The notes under the pieces: model-generated
Database searches by the model: none
What the model was told of the DNA's origin: nothing
Seen by the model: only the letters and a program-made list of their open reading frames with translations
Made by a program: the position numbers and the translations under genes
Part shown: one piece after another, positions 1-12,339 of the stretch
Layout: each line of letters opens with the position of its first letter
Position numbering within the stretch: the first letter of the stretch is position 1
Assembly (NCBI GenBank): GCA_963677765.1
Contig: OY782392.1
Span: 150,001 to 182,000, forward strand
DNA: 32,000 nucleotides
Source of the DNA: Candidatus Saccharimonadota bacterium
GTDB taxonomy: Bacteria > Patescibacteriota > Gracilibacteria > BD1-5 > UBA6164
Direction: 5' to 3'

Positions 1-1165
1 AATAATAAGTAAAATGAGGATTTCATTTTTTATCAAAATATTGTAGTTCTATAAAATTTTTCTCTATTAATTTATTTATAGACTCCCTAATATAAGGTGA
101 AATACTTTTATCTTTTGAAATTTTTTCTATAAAAGATTTATGAATATTTTGTTCTTCTCATTCTATATCTAATTCTCATAAAATAGATTCTTGCATAGAA
201 TTATTTTGTTCTATTTCACTATTATATATATCAATCAATCTAGATTTTATTTTTTCATCATTAAATAAATCTTCTATATTATTAGAGTTTTCTAAATCTT
301 CTAAGTCTATAAAATAACTTTTTTTATCAAGTGAATCAAATATTTCTTTTATTTTTTCATCTTCTAATCATTCTATAAGATTTTTAGAGTCAGATTTAAA
401 TTTTTCAAATATTTTTTCTTTTAAACTATCTGATAAAATATTATTTTTTTTCAAATCATAATAAGATATAGTTTCCAAAAAATATTTAATCAAAGCTTTT
501 TTTGATCAATTATTTAAAGATTGAAGCAATATATCCAATCATTGTAAATCTATTTTTGAATTACTATTAAATATACTAAATAAATAAGTTATTTCTTCTT
601 GATTTAAAGTAGATAAATTTATATTTATTTCTCTTTCAAGCATAGTTTTTATTTCTTTTTTTGCAGAAAGAGCAGTGTTTTTATCTGAAAAGATATCATT
701 TTTAATCAAAAAATCTAATCTTTTATTTGGGTATTTCAATAAAGATATCAAAGTATTATTATCTAGTTTTGATAATGATGTATTTAAAATATTTTTTGAA
801 TTATCATCAAGAGTATATTCAAAATTATATTTTTCATTTAATTTTTTAAAGTTTGATTTTCTAGGTAGAGTTAGTTTTAATACCTCTGATTTTAATTGTG
901 AAGTTATAGTTTCAATTTTTGATTTTTTTAATCCACTCAGATTTAAAGATAAGTCTTTATACTCATCTCTAATGCTAACAAAAGAAAAATAATCAGTGTA
1001 AATTTTTGATATATCATATTCAGAAGAATCAAAAAAATCCATATTATCTTGAAGTTTTGATAATATAAAATCATTTTGAGATTTTGATAACAATGATGTA
1101 TCAATTGTTTTTTCTTTTTGAGAATTTTCTATAGAATTAGAACTATTTTTTCAAGAAAGAGACAT
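1..1165 (-). CDS. Hypothetical protein, C-terminus runs off the window (at least 388 codons); K/E/N/S/D/I-rich, glycine-poor, no recognisable family
   Basis: ATG at 1165-1163 (MSLSgKNSSNSIENSQKEKTIDTSLLSKSQNDF...). Same frame as the listed 539..1093 ORF. The apparent stop at 539-541 is TGA, and I found no in-frame TAA/TAG from 1165 down to base 2. Confidence 0.55.
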
Positions 1166-1307
1166 AGTATTTACTTAAAAAATATTTGTTTTATTATAAC
1201 ATTTTTTGAAAAAAAAAGCAAAAAATAAATAAATTAAAAATAGACTTTTAAATATTTTATATAAAATCAATACATAAAGATTAATTAAAAAATAACAATT
1301 TTTAAAA

Positions 1308-2729
1308 ATGTATATAATAATATGAATAATTGTTGCTATAGTTATGTTTTCTATAATTGTTTTGATACATGAATGGTGACATTTTGCAGCAGCAAGAAAA
1401 TTTTGAGTAAAAGTAGAAGAATTTTGATTATGAATACCCCCAAGAGCAAAAAAACTTTTTTATGATAAAAAAGGAACTCTTTTTAGTTTAAATTGGCTAC
1501 CTATATGAGGTTTTGTTAAACTAACATGAGAAACTCCTAATACTTTTAATGTATATAATAAAGAAAAAAAGCTATATAATAATTTTGATTTAGAAAAAGA
1601 CATAAAAGATTGAAAAGATATTTTTGATATAAAATGAGCTAAATTATCAAAAGTAGAAAAAGAAGAAATACTAAAATCTTTAGATGAAAACAATGCAGAA
1701 TATAATCTTGCTAATAAACCAAGTTGGCAACAAGCGATAATTATATTAGCCTGAGTATTTATGAATTTTGTATTAGCTTGGTTTATATTTTTTGTATTAT
1801 TTTTGATTTGAGTATCACCAATATGAATAAACTCAAAAATAGAAACTGATTTAGATTTAAAATTAATTCCGACTTATGAACAAGCAATAGAGAGATGATT
1901 AATCATAAAAAATCCATGATTAGTTCTATATCCTATAGAATGAAGTATAGCTGAAAAATCTTGATTAAAAGAATGAGATATTTTGTATGAAGTAGCTACT
2001 TGTAAATCAAAAATGCTAGATCATGTTATATGTGAATGATGAGAAGATGCTATATATACAAAAATACAAAAACCAGAACAAGTTATAGATATAGTAAATA
2101 AAAATGCTTGAAAAGATATAGCATTTTATATAAATGTAAATGTTTTAAATGAAGAAGATGCAAAAAAATATAATAGTCCATATTTATGATGAGCTTTTGT
2201 AAAAGTAAGTGTAGCAGAATCATGAAAAATATGAACATATTTATGAGAAAATGTAGAAATAAATGAAGAATACAAAATAAAATATTCTATCATATGAGCT
2301 TTTAGTAATTCTTTTATAGAAACAAAAAATCAAATAATTCTAACATTTAAATGATTATGAATTATTTTACAAAAAATATTTAATCCTGAAACTCCAGAAG
2401 AAAGACAAGAAGCAATTCAAAGTGTAAGTTGACCAATATGAATAGTTGATTTTATAAGTAAATCAATAACTGCTTGAGTTACATTTATAATGGTATTTGC
2501 TGCAATAATATCTATAAGTTTATGAGTTTTTAATCTATTACCTATACCTGCTCTTGATGGATGAAGATTTATTTTTATAACTATAAATTGATTAATAAAA
2601 AAAATATTTGGTAAAAAAGCTATAAGCGAAAAAGTAGAAGCAATAGTGCATTTTTGATTTTTTGTTCTATTAATTGCATTAAGTATAATAATAGCGTATA
2701 ATGATATAAATAAAATAATTGCTAATTAA
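1308..2729 (+). CDS. rseP: RseP-type M50 site-2 zinc metalloprotease (intramembrane)
   Basis: MYIIIgIIVAIVMFSIIVLIHEWgHFAAARKFgVKVEEFgLgIPPRAKKLFYDKKGTLFSLNWLPIgGFVKL. The HExxH motif sits in the first TM helix (cat gaa tgg TGA cat, 1368-1382). Later NKPSWQQAIIILAgVFMNF. TAA at 2727-2729. Confidence 0.85.
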
Positions 2730-2739
2730 TTTTAAATAT

Positions 2740-3342
2740 ATGGCTGAAAATATTTTAACAAATGCAAAAAAATATGTAAACAAGTTAATGATGCCTTTGG
2801 AGAATCATTATTACCATAGTTATGACCATGCTTTGGAAGTGATGAATAGAGCTATCTATTTATCAAAACAAGAATGATTAAGTAAAGAAGATGTCGAAAT
2901 GATGTGACTTGCTGGTATATTTCATGATTCATGATTTATAATACAATATGATAAAAATGAACCTATTTGAGCAAAAATAGCAAGGAATTATCTAAAAAGT
3001 GTATTATATCCAGAAGAAAGAATACAAAAAATTGAACAAATTATTCTAGCTACAGATCCAGATTATACAACTCCAAAAGATATTTATGAAGAAATAATAA
3101 AAGATTCTGATATGGATAATCTATGAAGAGATGATTTTATAGAAAAAAATAACAATATAAAAAAAGAGTTAGAAATAATAAAAAAAATAAAAATAAAAGA
3201 CCCAGATTGGAGACATGCATCAGTACAATTACTAAAAGAGTACAAATATAAAACAAATAGCCAAAGATATGAAAGAGATCATAAAAAAGTAGAAAATCTA
3301 AAAAAGATGCTACACGAATTAGATAGTGATGACAATATATAA
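2740..3342 (+). CDS. HD-domain metal-dependent phosphohydrolase
   Basis: MAENILTNAKKYVNKLMMPLENHYYHSYDHALEVMNRAIYLSKQEgLSKEDVEMMgLAGIFHDSgFI gives the H...HD signature, with a later DSDMDNLgRDDF. TAA at 3340-3342, followed by a terminator. Confidence 0.75.
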
Positions 3343-3345
3343 AAA

Positions 3346-3378
3346 AGAAACTGATTAGTTAGTTTCTTTTTTATTTTT
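3346..3378 (+). terminator. Rho-independent terminator after the HD-domain gene
   Basis: Stem agaaact (3346-3352) pairs with agtttct (3361-3367), followed by a T-tract. Confidence 0.7.
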
Positions 3379-3436
3379 GATTTTTTGATAATTGTCTATA
3401 TATTTTATAAGATTTTTTATTATTATATATAAAATA

Positions 3437-4624
3437 ATGTTTGAATTTAAATTTAATCTAGAAGCTCAAGATTGATATGCTAGAGCATGAGAATTTTTTA
3501 CTGAACATGGGAGTTTTGAAACTCCTATTTTTATGCCAGTATGAACAAAAGCAAGTGTAAAATGAATAAGTGTAGAAGACTTAGATGAAATGTGAGCACA
3601 AATAATACTAAACAATACATATCACTTATATTTGAGACCTGGTGATGAAGTAGTAAAACATTTCTGATGAGCTCATAAATTCCAAAACTACAATAAACCT
3701 ATACTTACTGACTCTTGATGATTTCAAGTTTTTTCTCTATGACAAACTTGATGAGAATGAAGCTTCAAAAATAATGAAAGTTTAGTAAAAATTACTGAAG
3801 AATGAGTTCATTTTAGAAGTTTTATTGATTGATCAAAACATTATTTTGATGCAGAAAATGTAATGGATATACAATCAAATATTTGAGCAGATATAATAAT
3901 GGCTTTTGATGAATGTGCACCTTGAAAATCTAGCAAACAATATGCAAGAGCTGCAATGGAAAGAACTCATAGGTGGGCTGAAAGATGTGTAAAAAGATGG
4001 AAAGAAAACAATCAAAAAAGATATGAAAACTGAGAATATATACAGGCATTATTCCCTATTGTTCAATGAGTAACATATGATGACTTAAGATTAGAAAGTA
4101 CAAAATTCATATGAGCACTTGATACACCAGGTATAGCTATCTGATGATTATCTGTTTGAGAACCAAAACTAGATATGTATAGAACTCTAGATACAATAAA
4201 AGAAGCTTTACCAAAAAATAAACCTAGATATCTTATGTGAGTATGAACTCCTGAAGATTTAATAGAAGCAATATATAGATGAGTTGATATGTTTGATTGT
4301 GTTTTACCTACTAGGTTATGAAGGCATTGAGTAGTTTTTACTTATAAATGAAATATAAAAGTAAAAAATGAAAAATACAAACTAGATAAATCACCTATAG
4401 ATGAAAAATGTAATTGTAAAGTTTGTAAAAACTATAGTAAATGATACTTAAGACATTTGATAGCAGAAAATGAAATGCTTTGAATGCAATTACTTAGTTA
4501 CCACAACCTATATTTTTTAATAAACTTAGCAAAAGAAGCAAGAGTTGCTATAAAAGAAAATAGATATAGTGAATTCAGAGATGAATTCTGGAAAAACTAT
4601 CCAAAAGAAGTGCTAAAAAAATAA
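3437..4624 (+). CDS. tgt: Queuine tRNA-ribosyltransferase (tRNA-guanine transglycosylase)
   Basis: MFEFKFNLEAQDgYARAgEFFTEHGSFETPIFMPVgTKASVK...LTDSggFQVFSL (gac tct TGA TGA ttt caa, 3710-3727). Zn site CNCKVCKNYSKgYLRHLIAENEMLgMQLLSYHNLYFL. TAA at 4622-4624. Confidence 0.92.
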
Positions 4625-4660
4625 ACTAAGATTTAAATCTTAGTTTATTTTTTATTTTAT
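4623..4660. terminator. Bidirectional hairpin terminator shared by tgt (+) and the convergent large membrane-protein gene (-)
   Basis: aaactaagat (4623-4632) / atcttagttt (4637-4646), a perfect 10-bp stem with an A-run upstream and a T-run downstream. The minus-strand stop at 4652-4654 lies in the T-tract. Confidence 0.75.
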
Positions 4661-7600
4661 TTCAAATAATGCTTTGTAAGTAGTTCATATAACATTACTT
4701 ATAGCAGCAGGAGTTCTTTCCTTGTCTTGGAAATATATTTTATAAGGTAATAAAAATGAATAACTTTCTTGATTTACTAAATCATTATCTAGTAAAAAAT
4801 CTATATATCTAGCACATTCATTTCTTTTGTTTCATCTAGGTATAACATCTCAGGCATCAGTATAGCTTTCATAATTTATTCCAGATAATAACATATATTC
4901 TTCCATATTTTGAGTTTCTTTATATCTCTCTAATCAAACTTCTAAACAAATACTATCTGTAGATATAAGATTTAAATCTTCTGATACAAAACTTGATAGA
5001 AGCTTTTCATATCTATTTGTTAAGTCCTTTGTTTCAGATTTATCAATAGTAGCAGCATTCAAATCAACCAATAAATATTTAATTCAAATAGATTTCATCC
5101 TAGAAATAGTTTCATTCAAATCATCAGAATAAATATAATCATTGAATTTGAACAATAAGTTATCCTCCCATAGTCTAGAATTGTTTTCAGAAATATAGTA
5201 TTTTAAAAATGTTCCTATTCTATAGATTTTTTCTTTATTTCTATATTCATCACTTGGGTTGGCTATATTTTTATATAGTCTTTCTTTTGATTTTTTAGCT
5301 TCAATCTTTATTTTTTTTGCTCTAGATTCACTTGAGTCAAGCTTTGAATCATCAGTTTTAATTATAGAATTCAAAATAGATAAAATATCTCATATTTCAA
5401 AGTTTAAAATATTTGGAGTAAGAGAAACAATATCTTCTGATATATATTCTTTTAAGAATTCTTGTTTTTTTGTATCATCTATATTTAGAGTATACAATAT
5501 ATCTAAATAATCACTATGATAAGCAAAAATAGCTTCATTGCTAGAAAATTGTCACACTTTGTATTGTTCATATCATCATGATTTTAAATTGTTTGATACG
5601 TTTGGAATTATAGAATTGAAAACATATATCAAAAATATTGATAAAAATATAAACGATATAAACATTTTTATAAAATAATCTTTTTGTCAGTATTCTTCTT
5701 GATTGTAAATAACTAAACTATAAGCAGAAAGTCATATCATCAATAAAAATGAAAAATACATAGTTATACCATACCAAACAATACCAAAACTAGATATCAT
5801 CCATAAAAAAGTATAAAGTGAAGCGAAAACAAGATTTAGTATAAAAATTTGATTTAATCTAGTATTTTTTAATGTAAATAACAAATAAATAGTAGGTACA
5901 AAAAATCATAAAAATATATAAAGATAACCTAGAGGTATATTTATAGAAGAAAAGAAATCTATAATTTTTCAACTTATATTTCTTGAACTAGACCAATTAT
6001 CAATAATTAATTGCCTTTGAGAGTTATCAAGCTCATTAGAATCTAGACTTTTTTCTAAATCTGCTATATCATTAATCTCAAAAACATAATAATTATTATA
6101 ATGATTTCATAATGATTTTATATATTCTATATCATTATCAGATAATGGGTTTACCATAAATGATATTTTTCAATCATAGTTTCAGTCTAGTATTTTTTGT
6201 TTTATCTCTTCATAAAATATTTTTAAACTAGATTGTTTTAATATATCAATCTCTTGTTTTAAAATTATATCTTTATAATAATCAAAATTCTCTAAATACT
6301 CACTACTGTACTTAGTAACTAAAGAATTTATTTCATCAGCAGTTCAGTTTTTACTATTTTGTTTTGCCTTGGTAGTAGCTTCATTCAAAATAAGCTCTCT
6401 AGTTTTTTTAACTAACTCATTTTCTCAAATAGTTTTTGCTAAATCATCATCACTTATATATTTTCAAAAATTTATTTGATATATATTTTTTGAAGAATCA
6501 ATAGAAAAAATACTATCATCTTTTGATAAAACTCATGAAAGACTTTGTACATTTATAGTTGATAAGTTTTCTATATTTATTTTTGTTGTTTTTGCAGGTA
6601 TATAAGATATAAACTGTATAAATGCTAGAACAACAAAAAATAATGGGAATAATGGATGTCTATATCTAAGAAAAATAAATACAAGAGGAAGTAATGCAAG
6701 AAATAAAAATCATATATCAGTATATTCTCATGACTGATTTTTTTGCATAGTAAGATTCCATGGCATATAAACATAATCCAATATACCATTACTATAACCA
6801 AAATATCTTAGTAAATCTTCATTTGTAGTTATAGAGTTTTCTTTTTTTCTTTCGTTAGAATAAAATTCTCTTATTTCAGTTAATTCTTCGTCTGTATATA
6901 TAGATGAAAAATCTGGAACAAAATTATCTCAAGTTCATTTTAAAATTTTATTAACACTTATGTTTGGATAAGATTCAATTATATTTTTGCTAAACCAAGG
7001 AGTAAGTATAAGTATAACTCAAGCTAAAAATATAAGTATTTCTTTTATATATCTAATAGAGTTTTGTCTTTTTAATACAAATCATATTCACAAAAACAAA
7101 ACACCTACAACTATAGAAACTCATCAAAATATATTTTCAAATCAAACTATATTATAAGGATTTATAACTACGTTCATCATTGACCATAGCCCAAATAATG
7201 TAAAAACTCAGAAAAACACAGATATATATCATACAAAACCTATAATAGATAATCTATTATAAGTAATTATAGCAAGAATAGATACTATAAAAAGTAATGC
7301 TGTAAACTTTACACTAAATGCAAATCAAGCTATCAATCATATAATAAATAAATATATTATAGATAATTTTTCTCAAGAATTATCTTTTTCATACAAGAAG
7401 TATTTTATAACAGAATACAAAGCTATAACTGTTATAAAAAACAATCCTGCATCTACTTTCATATCTTTGCTAGATAAAAAAGTAATCATAGGTAATGATA
7501 TAAAAATAGTTGATAATATTATTCCTAGATTTAGAAATGATTTTTTGTTTTGTTCTTTTGGTTTTAATAAGTCAGAAAATACTATATTTAAAACTAGAAA

Positions 7601-8488
7601 ACTTATAAACAAACCACTAACATTTATAAAAAATGCTTGAGTTGGATTAGAAAAAAGATAACCAATAGAAGTAAAAGCTTGCCAAGAATACATAGAAGTA
7701 AGAGATAATAACTCTCATGCTTCAGCTATAAGATGTGGATAGTTCATATATACACCCAAATCATCCCAACCTATAGGAAAAGGTCTAAATATAGTAACCA
7801 ATGCTACAGTTAAAACAAAAAATGATAACAAAGTAAAAAACTCTGTAGAAATAAGTTTTAAATAACTTCATTCTTTTATACTTAACTTGTATTCTTTTTC
7901 TAAAAAAGAATTACTCAAATCTATTATTTGTTTTCTAGAAAACCAAGTAAAAATAGCCAATATAGCAAAAACTATAAACAAGTTATAAAAACCTATAGCT
8001 GCAAAAATAACTATAGATGTAACAAATAAGCTAATACCTAATCATATAGACAATAAAAGAGAAAAACTATTAGATAGTTTATCAAAATCTGGAAGTCTTT
8101 CTAAAATAGATCTAGCAAAAGAAGTAGTTATTACAAAAATTACTATAGGTAAGATACTAAAAAGTAATACCTTAAAAAATAAGACAATAGCAGATATTAT
8201 AATAGTATCATTTAATCAAGCAGGACTAACTTTGAAAAAAAACAAACAAGTAACAAATAGATTCAAAACAAAATACCCTAATAAATGAGTATTTTTAAAA
8301 TAAGCTATTTCTTTTGAGTTACTCAATTGAATATATTTATATATAGCATATATTATTCATATAAGAAGCAAATAAAAAATATATCAATCAAAACTAGTTA
8401 GATGACCTCAATATACGAAGTAATAATTAAAAATTATAAATACTGAAAAAAGTAGTAAAACAAATAATTTTAGTAAGTAACTTATCAT
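4652..8488 (-). CDS. Very large (1278-codon) polytopic membrane protein; possible GT-C-fold (ArnT/PMT-like) glycosyltransferase with a large soluble C-terminal domain
   Basis: ATG at 8488-8486 (MISYLLKLFVLLLFSVFIIFNYYFVYgGHL...). The listed ORFs 7373..7693 and 5084..5374 lie in the same frame. I checked 7373 down to about 7080 codon by codon (only TGA, no TAA/TAG) and read the remainder continuously. Many hydrophobic segments; first-loop motif FRPFPIGWDDLGVYMNYP (about 7745-7790). Hydrophilic insert at about 6600-6000 and soluble tail at about 5600-4652. TAA at 4654-4652. Confidence 0.6.
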
Positions 8489-8629
8489 TTTTTTATTTTT
8501 ATATTTTATAATAAATTAAATTTTCAATACTAATGATATTTTTGTAGTCAAAATCTGCAATATTTTTTTTGATTTTATGTTAAAAACTATTAAGATATAC
8601 TATATAAATTATAGTTTAAAAAATATAGT

Positions 8630-9763
8630 ATGGATTATTTTAAAAAAAGTTTAGAAATGCATGAACAAATGCAAGGTAAAATTGATTTTAATTCAAAAAT
8701 AGAAATAAACTCAAAAGATATATTATCAACAGCATATAGCCCATGAGTAGCAGAACCTTGTAAAGAAATACAAAAAGATAAAGAAAATGCCTACAAATAT
8801 ACTATAAAATCAAATACTATAGCAGTTATAAGTGATTGAAGTGCTGTTTTATGATTATGAAATATCTGAGCACTAGCTTCACTACCTGTTATGGAATGAA
8901 AATGTGTATTACTAAAAGAATTTGCTTGAGTTAATGCTTTTCCTATAGTACTAGATACTCAAGATACTGAGGAAATAATAAAAACAATAAAAAACATATC
9001 ACCAACTATATGATGAATAAATCTAGAAGATATAAGTGCTCCTAGATGTTTTGAAATAGAAGAAAGATTAAAAAAAGAATTAAATATACCAGTATTTCAT
9101 GATGATCAACACTGAACAGCTATAGTTACTTTGGCATGACTTATAAATTCGCTAAAAGTAGTTTGAAAAGAAAAAGAAAATGTAAAAATAGTTGTTAATT
9201 GACTATGAGCTGCTGGAACTGCGATAATAAAACTATTAAAAAACTATTGATTTGAAAACATAGTAGTATGTGATAGTAAATGAATAATATCAAAAGATAG
9301 AAAAGATTTAAATACTGAAAAAAATAAAATTCTAGAAATAACAAACATAGAAGATATAAAATGAAAATTAAGTGATGCTTTAGTTTGAGCTGATATATTT
9401 ATAGGAGTTAGTGTTGCATGAGCTCTTACAAAAGAAATGCTAAAAACTATGAAAAAAGACCCTATAATATTTGCAATGGCAAATCCTATTCCTGAAATAA
9501 TGCCAGAAGAAGCAATTGAAGCATGAGCAAAAATAATAGCGACTTGAAGAAGTGATTATCCAAATCAATTGAACAATGTACTAGTTTTTCCTTGATTATT
9601 TGCATGAGCTTTAAAAAATAGAGTAACTCAAATAACAGAAGAACACAAAATAAATGCAGCTATAAAATTGGCTGAATATGTAAAAAACCCAAGTGCTGAA
9701 GAAATAATACCAAGCCCTCTAGATAAAAATGTTGCCAATATAATAGCAAGTGTTATAAAATAA
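8630..9763 (+). CDS. NAD(P)-dependent malic enzyme (short, MaeB/YtsJ-like, no PTA domain)
   Basis: [23 protein letters not shown]...[11 protein letters not shown]...[47 protein letters not shown]...FHDDQHgTAIVTLAgLINSLK...VVNgLgAAGTAI. TAA at 9761-9763. Confidence 0.85.
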
Positions 9764-9792
9764 AAAGTCTTATAAGACTTTTTATTTTTTGT
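9762..9792 (+). terminator. Rho-independent terminator after the malic enzyme gene
   Basis: aagtct (9765-9770) / agactt (9775-9780) with a tata loop and a T-tract at 9781-9790. Confidence 0.65.
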
Positions 9793-9850
9793 TGTCTTTT
9801 TGCTTATAATACTTAAAATAATTAAAAATTAACACAAACTAAAAATAAAA

Positions 9851-11368
9851 ATGATAGAACAATATAATTCATTAGCCGAAAAATTCATACGTAAAGGTTT
9901 TTGGCTTTATATCTTTTGATTTATAATATGACCTATATGATATATTATAAAAATAATTATATCATGAGAATTATCAGTAAGTGATGTATGAGTGCTTTAT
10001 GGGATCATAAGTCTTGTTACTCTAATATCTGCATATAATGACTTATGAATGACTGAGAGTCTAAAACATTTTTTACCAAAATATGTTACAGAAAAAGACT
10101 ATACAAAAGCAAAATCTATAATATTTTATGCACTTTTTGCTCAAGTGATTTCTTCACTAATAATTGCTAGTATTTTTTGGTTTTGATCTGATTTTTTGGC
10201 AAATAATTATTTCAAATCAGAAGCTGCAAGTGATGTATTAAAAGTATTTGCTTTTTTCTTTATATGAATAAATATATTTCAAACACTAAACAATTTTTTT
10301 ATAGCAGTTCAAGATACATTTAGCCACAAAATAACAGAACTCATAAGAATGATGTTTATACTTATTTTTGTAGTATCAATATTTTTTCTAGATTTATCTA
10401 GTTTATTAAATTTTAGTTTTTCATGGCTAGTATGATTATATGTATGAATACTAGTAACTATATATGTTTTTTATAAAAAATACTATAAAAAATATTTCAA
10501 AAATACAAAAATAGTTATAGATAAAAAAGAAATAAAAACAGTATCAAAATATGCCTTTATGGTTTTTATATGAGCATGAGCAGCTACTATTTTGTGACAA
10601 ATAGATATGCAAATGATTATATATATGCTTGGTACTACTGATGCTTGATACTATACAAACTACCTAAGTATAATATGAATTCCTTTTATAATAATAGCTC
10701 CTATTTTTGCTTTTTTGTTCCCTGTTTTTTCAGAGTTTCATAGCAAATGAGATCATAGCAAGATAAAAATAGTAAAAGATATATTTACAAAAAACTTTAT
10801 TTTGATTGCTATAATGTTTAATATATTTTTCTTTGTTTATTCTAATACTCTTACCTATACTTTGTTTGGAGAAAAATTTATAACATCTTGAGAGATTTTA
10901 AAATACTCTATTTTGTTACTTGTTTTTAATTTTTTACTACAAATAAACTTCAATATAATGGCTGGTATTTGAAAAGTAAAACAAAGGGTTCAAATAGTTT
11001 TTATAGCTATAGTTTTTAATTTTATAATGAACTTGATACTTATAAATACTATATGAGTTTATTGAGCTGCTCTTGCAACATGACTATGATGGATTCTTAT
11101 ATGGTTATTATCAGAAATATATTTATGAAAACAATATTTTATAAATTTTGATTATATTTCTATAATAAAAAATACTGTTATATTATGAGTTTTATGAACA
11201 CTTATATACAAATATATAATTCCCTACTTTTGAGAATTAAGTAGATTAGAATCATTATTTTTTCTTGCTATATCATTTTTTATATGGACTTGAGTATTTG
11301 TAGTATCAAATCTAAAAGATTTTAAGTTTTTTATACTAGAAATAAAAAAACTAAAAAAGACTAGATAA
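9851..11368 (+). CDS. MOP-superfamily polysaccharide/oligosaccharide flippase (Wzx/SpoVB-like), 505 codons
   Basis: MIEQYNSLAEKFIRKGFWLYIFgFIIgPIgYIIKIIISgELSVSDVgVLYGIISLVTLISAYNDLgMTESLKHFLPKY..., hydrophobic throughout. C-terminal GVYgAALATgLgWILIWLL resembles flippase termini. TAA at 11366-11368. Confidence 0.7.
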
Positions 11369-11388
11369 TATCTAGTCTTTTTTTTTAT
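11353..11388. terminator. Bidirectional terminator between the flippase (+) and secreted protein A (-)
   Basis: agactaga (11358-11365) / tctagtct (11371-11378), flanked by an A-run and a T-run. Both stop codons (11366-11368 on + and 11385-11387 on -) lie within or next to it. Confidence 0.7.
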
Positions 11389-12197
11389 TTAGAGTCTAAT
11401 ACTTCTTGCATTAAATCTCTCAAATATGTATAAGCTGTAATTCTATCAACTTGAACCCATTGAGCTATTTTTAAGTTTTTTGTATTTTCTATAGATTTAT
11501 TTAAAACTGCTATAGCATTTTCTATAGTAGAAGTTTTTGCTTTTTTTATAACACCTTTAAATCTAGCATCGTATTTTTTGTATGAATTATATTTTGAAGT
11601 ATTTATATAATTACTACATTGACCTTCATAAGCATAGTTATAATCAGCCATACATGCATTACCATATGTTTTACCATCATTACCACAAACTGGTTGATAT
11701 TGCATAGTACAAAATCTTATTTCTTCTTGATCTTCTTCTTTATTTTCTTCTTTTAATTCTTCTATTTTTTCTTCATCATAAGCATTACAAGACCATGCTT
11801 CAGAACCATTTTCACCATAAGTATCTTCACAATACATCATAGTCATACCTCATAATTTACCATTATTTATCATAACAGTATTACAACCATCAGTTGCAGA
11901 TTTACATATATTTCATTCTGCTTCTAAGAATAAAGCACTTGTAGGATAAGTTTTTGCTTTTGTATAATCAACACTATCATCACAAGTATTATCACCTTCA
12001 CAATCATTCATTCAGTCAAAATCTAAATCCCAGCTTTGGTGCATTGATTTTGTAGTATCTGTATAATCTATAGAAGTAGTAGTTATAGATCTAGTACTAG
12101 GTTCATCATTGTTTACTTCTTTATCAGGGTTATATTCAGCTCATACTGAAGCTATAAACATAGCTGATAAAATAATAGTTGCGATTGTTTTTTTCAT
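11385..12197 (-). CDS. Secreted Cys-rich protein A: signal peptide, DxDxDG-like acidic Cys module, Kazal-like protease-inhibitor loop, helical C-terminal domain
   Basis: ATG at 12197 ([25 protein letters not shown]...[33 protein letters not shown]...[25 protein letters not shown]...). Kazal-like core [33 protein letters not shown] at 11616..11711. Extends the listed ORF 11385..11846 upstream through 4 TGA codons. Confidence 0.72.
11949..12044. repeat. Nucleotide-level repeat copy 1 (N-terminal module of paralogue A); partner at 13981..14075
   Basis: gtttttgcttttgtata...cacaatcatt.attcagtcaaaatc.aaatcccа-like run, visibly conserved between the two loci. It encodes [22 protein letters not shown]..DYTKAKTY. 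Confidence 0.7.
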
Positions 12198-12248
12198 AAC
12201 AAAAAAGTTAAAAATTAATAATAAAAAATCTATTTATCTAGATTGCAT

Positions 12249-12281
12249 ATATTAAAACGAAATAAAATAAAAAAGGTGACA
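12249..12281 (-). promoter_or_regulatory. Conserved upstream element of protein A: TGTCAC-N13-TTTCGTT followed by a -10-like TAATAT
   Basis: Plus strand shows aacga at 12256-12260 and gtgaca at 12276-12281. The same words occur with identical 18-nt c-to-g spacing upstream of paralogue C. Confidence 0.35.
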
Positions 12282-12310
12282 AAAAAATATTTTTTTATTT
12301 TAAAAAGTTA

Positions 12311-12339
12311 AAAAGACTAATTTTAATTAGTCTTTTTTA
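12311..12339 (-). terminator. Hairpin terminator downstream of secreted protein B
   Basis: agactaatt (12314-12322) / aattagtct (12325-12333), flanked by A/T runs. It sits immediately 3' of the stop at 12340-12342. Confidence 0.6.

Noticed and set aside
675-992. Listed plus-strand ORF; likewise 1460..1693(-), 5259..5510(+), 12755..12943(+), 14007..14216(+), 30485..30721(-), 31269..31469(-)
   Set aside because: All are antisense or out-of-frame shadows of long table-25 genes in AT-rich DNA. All have low-complexity F/L/S/I composition, and none has a motif or sensible boundaries.
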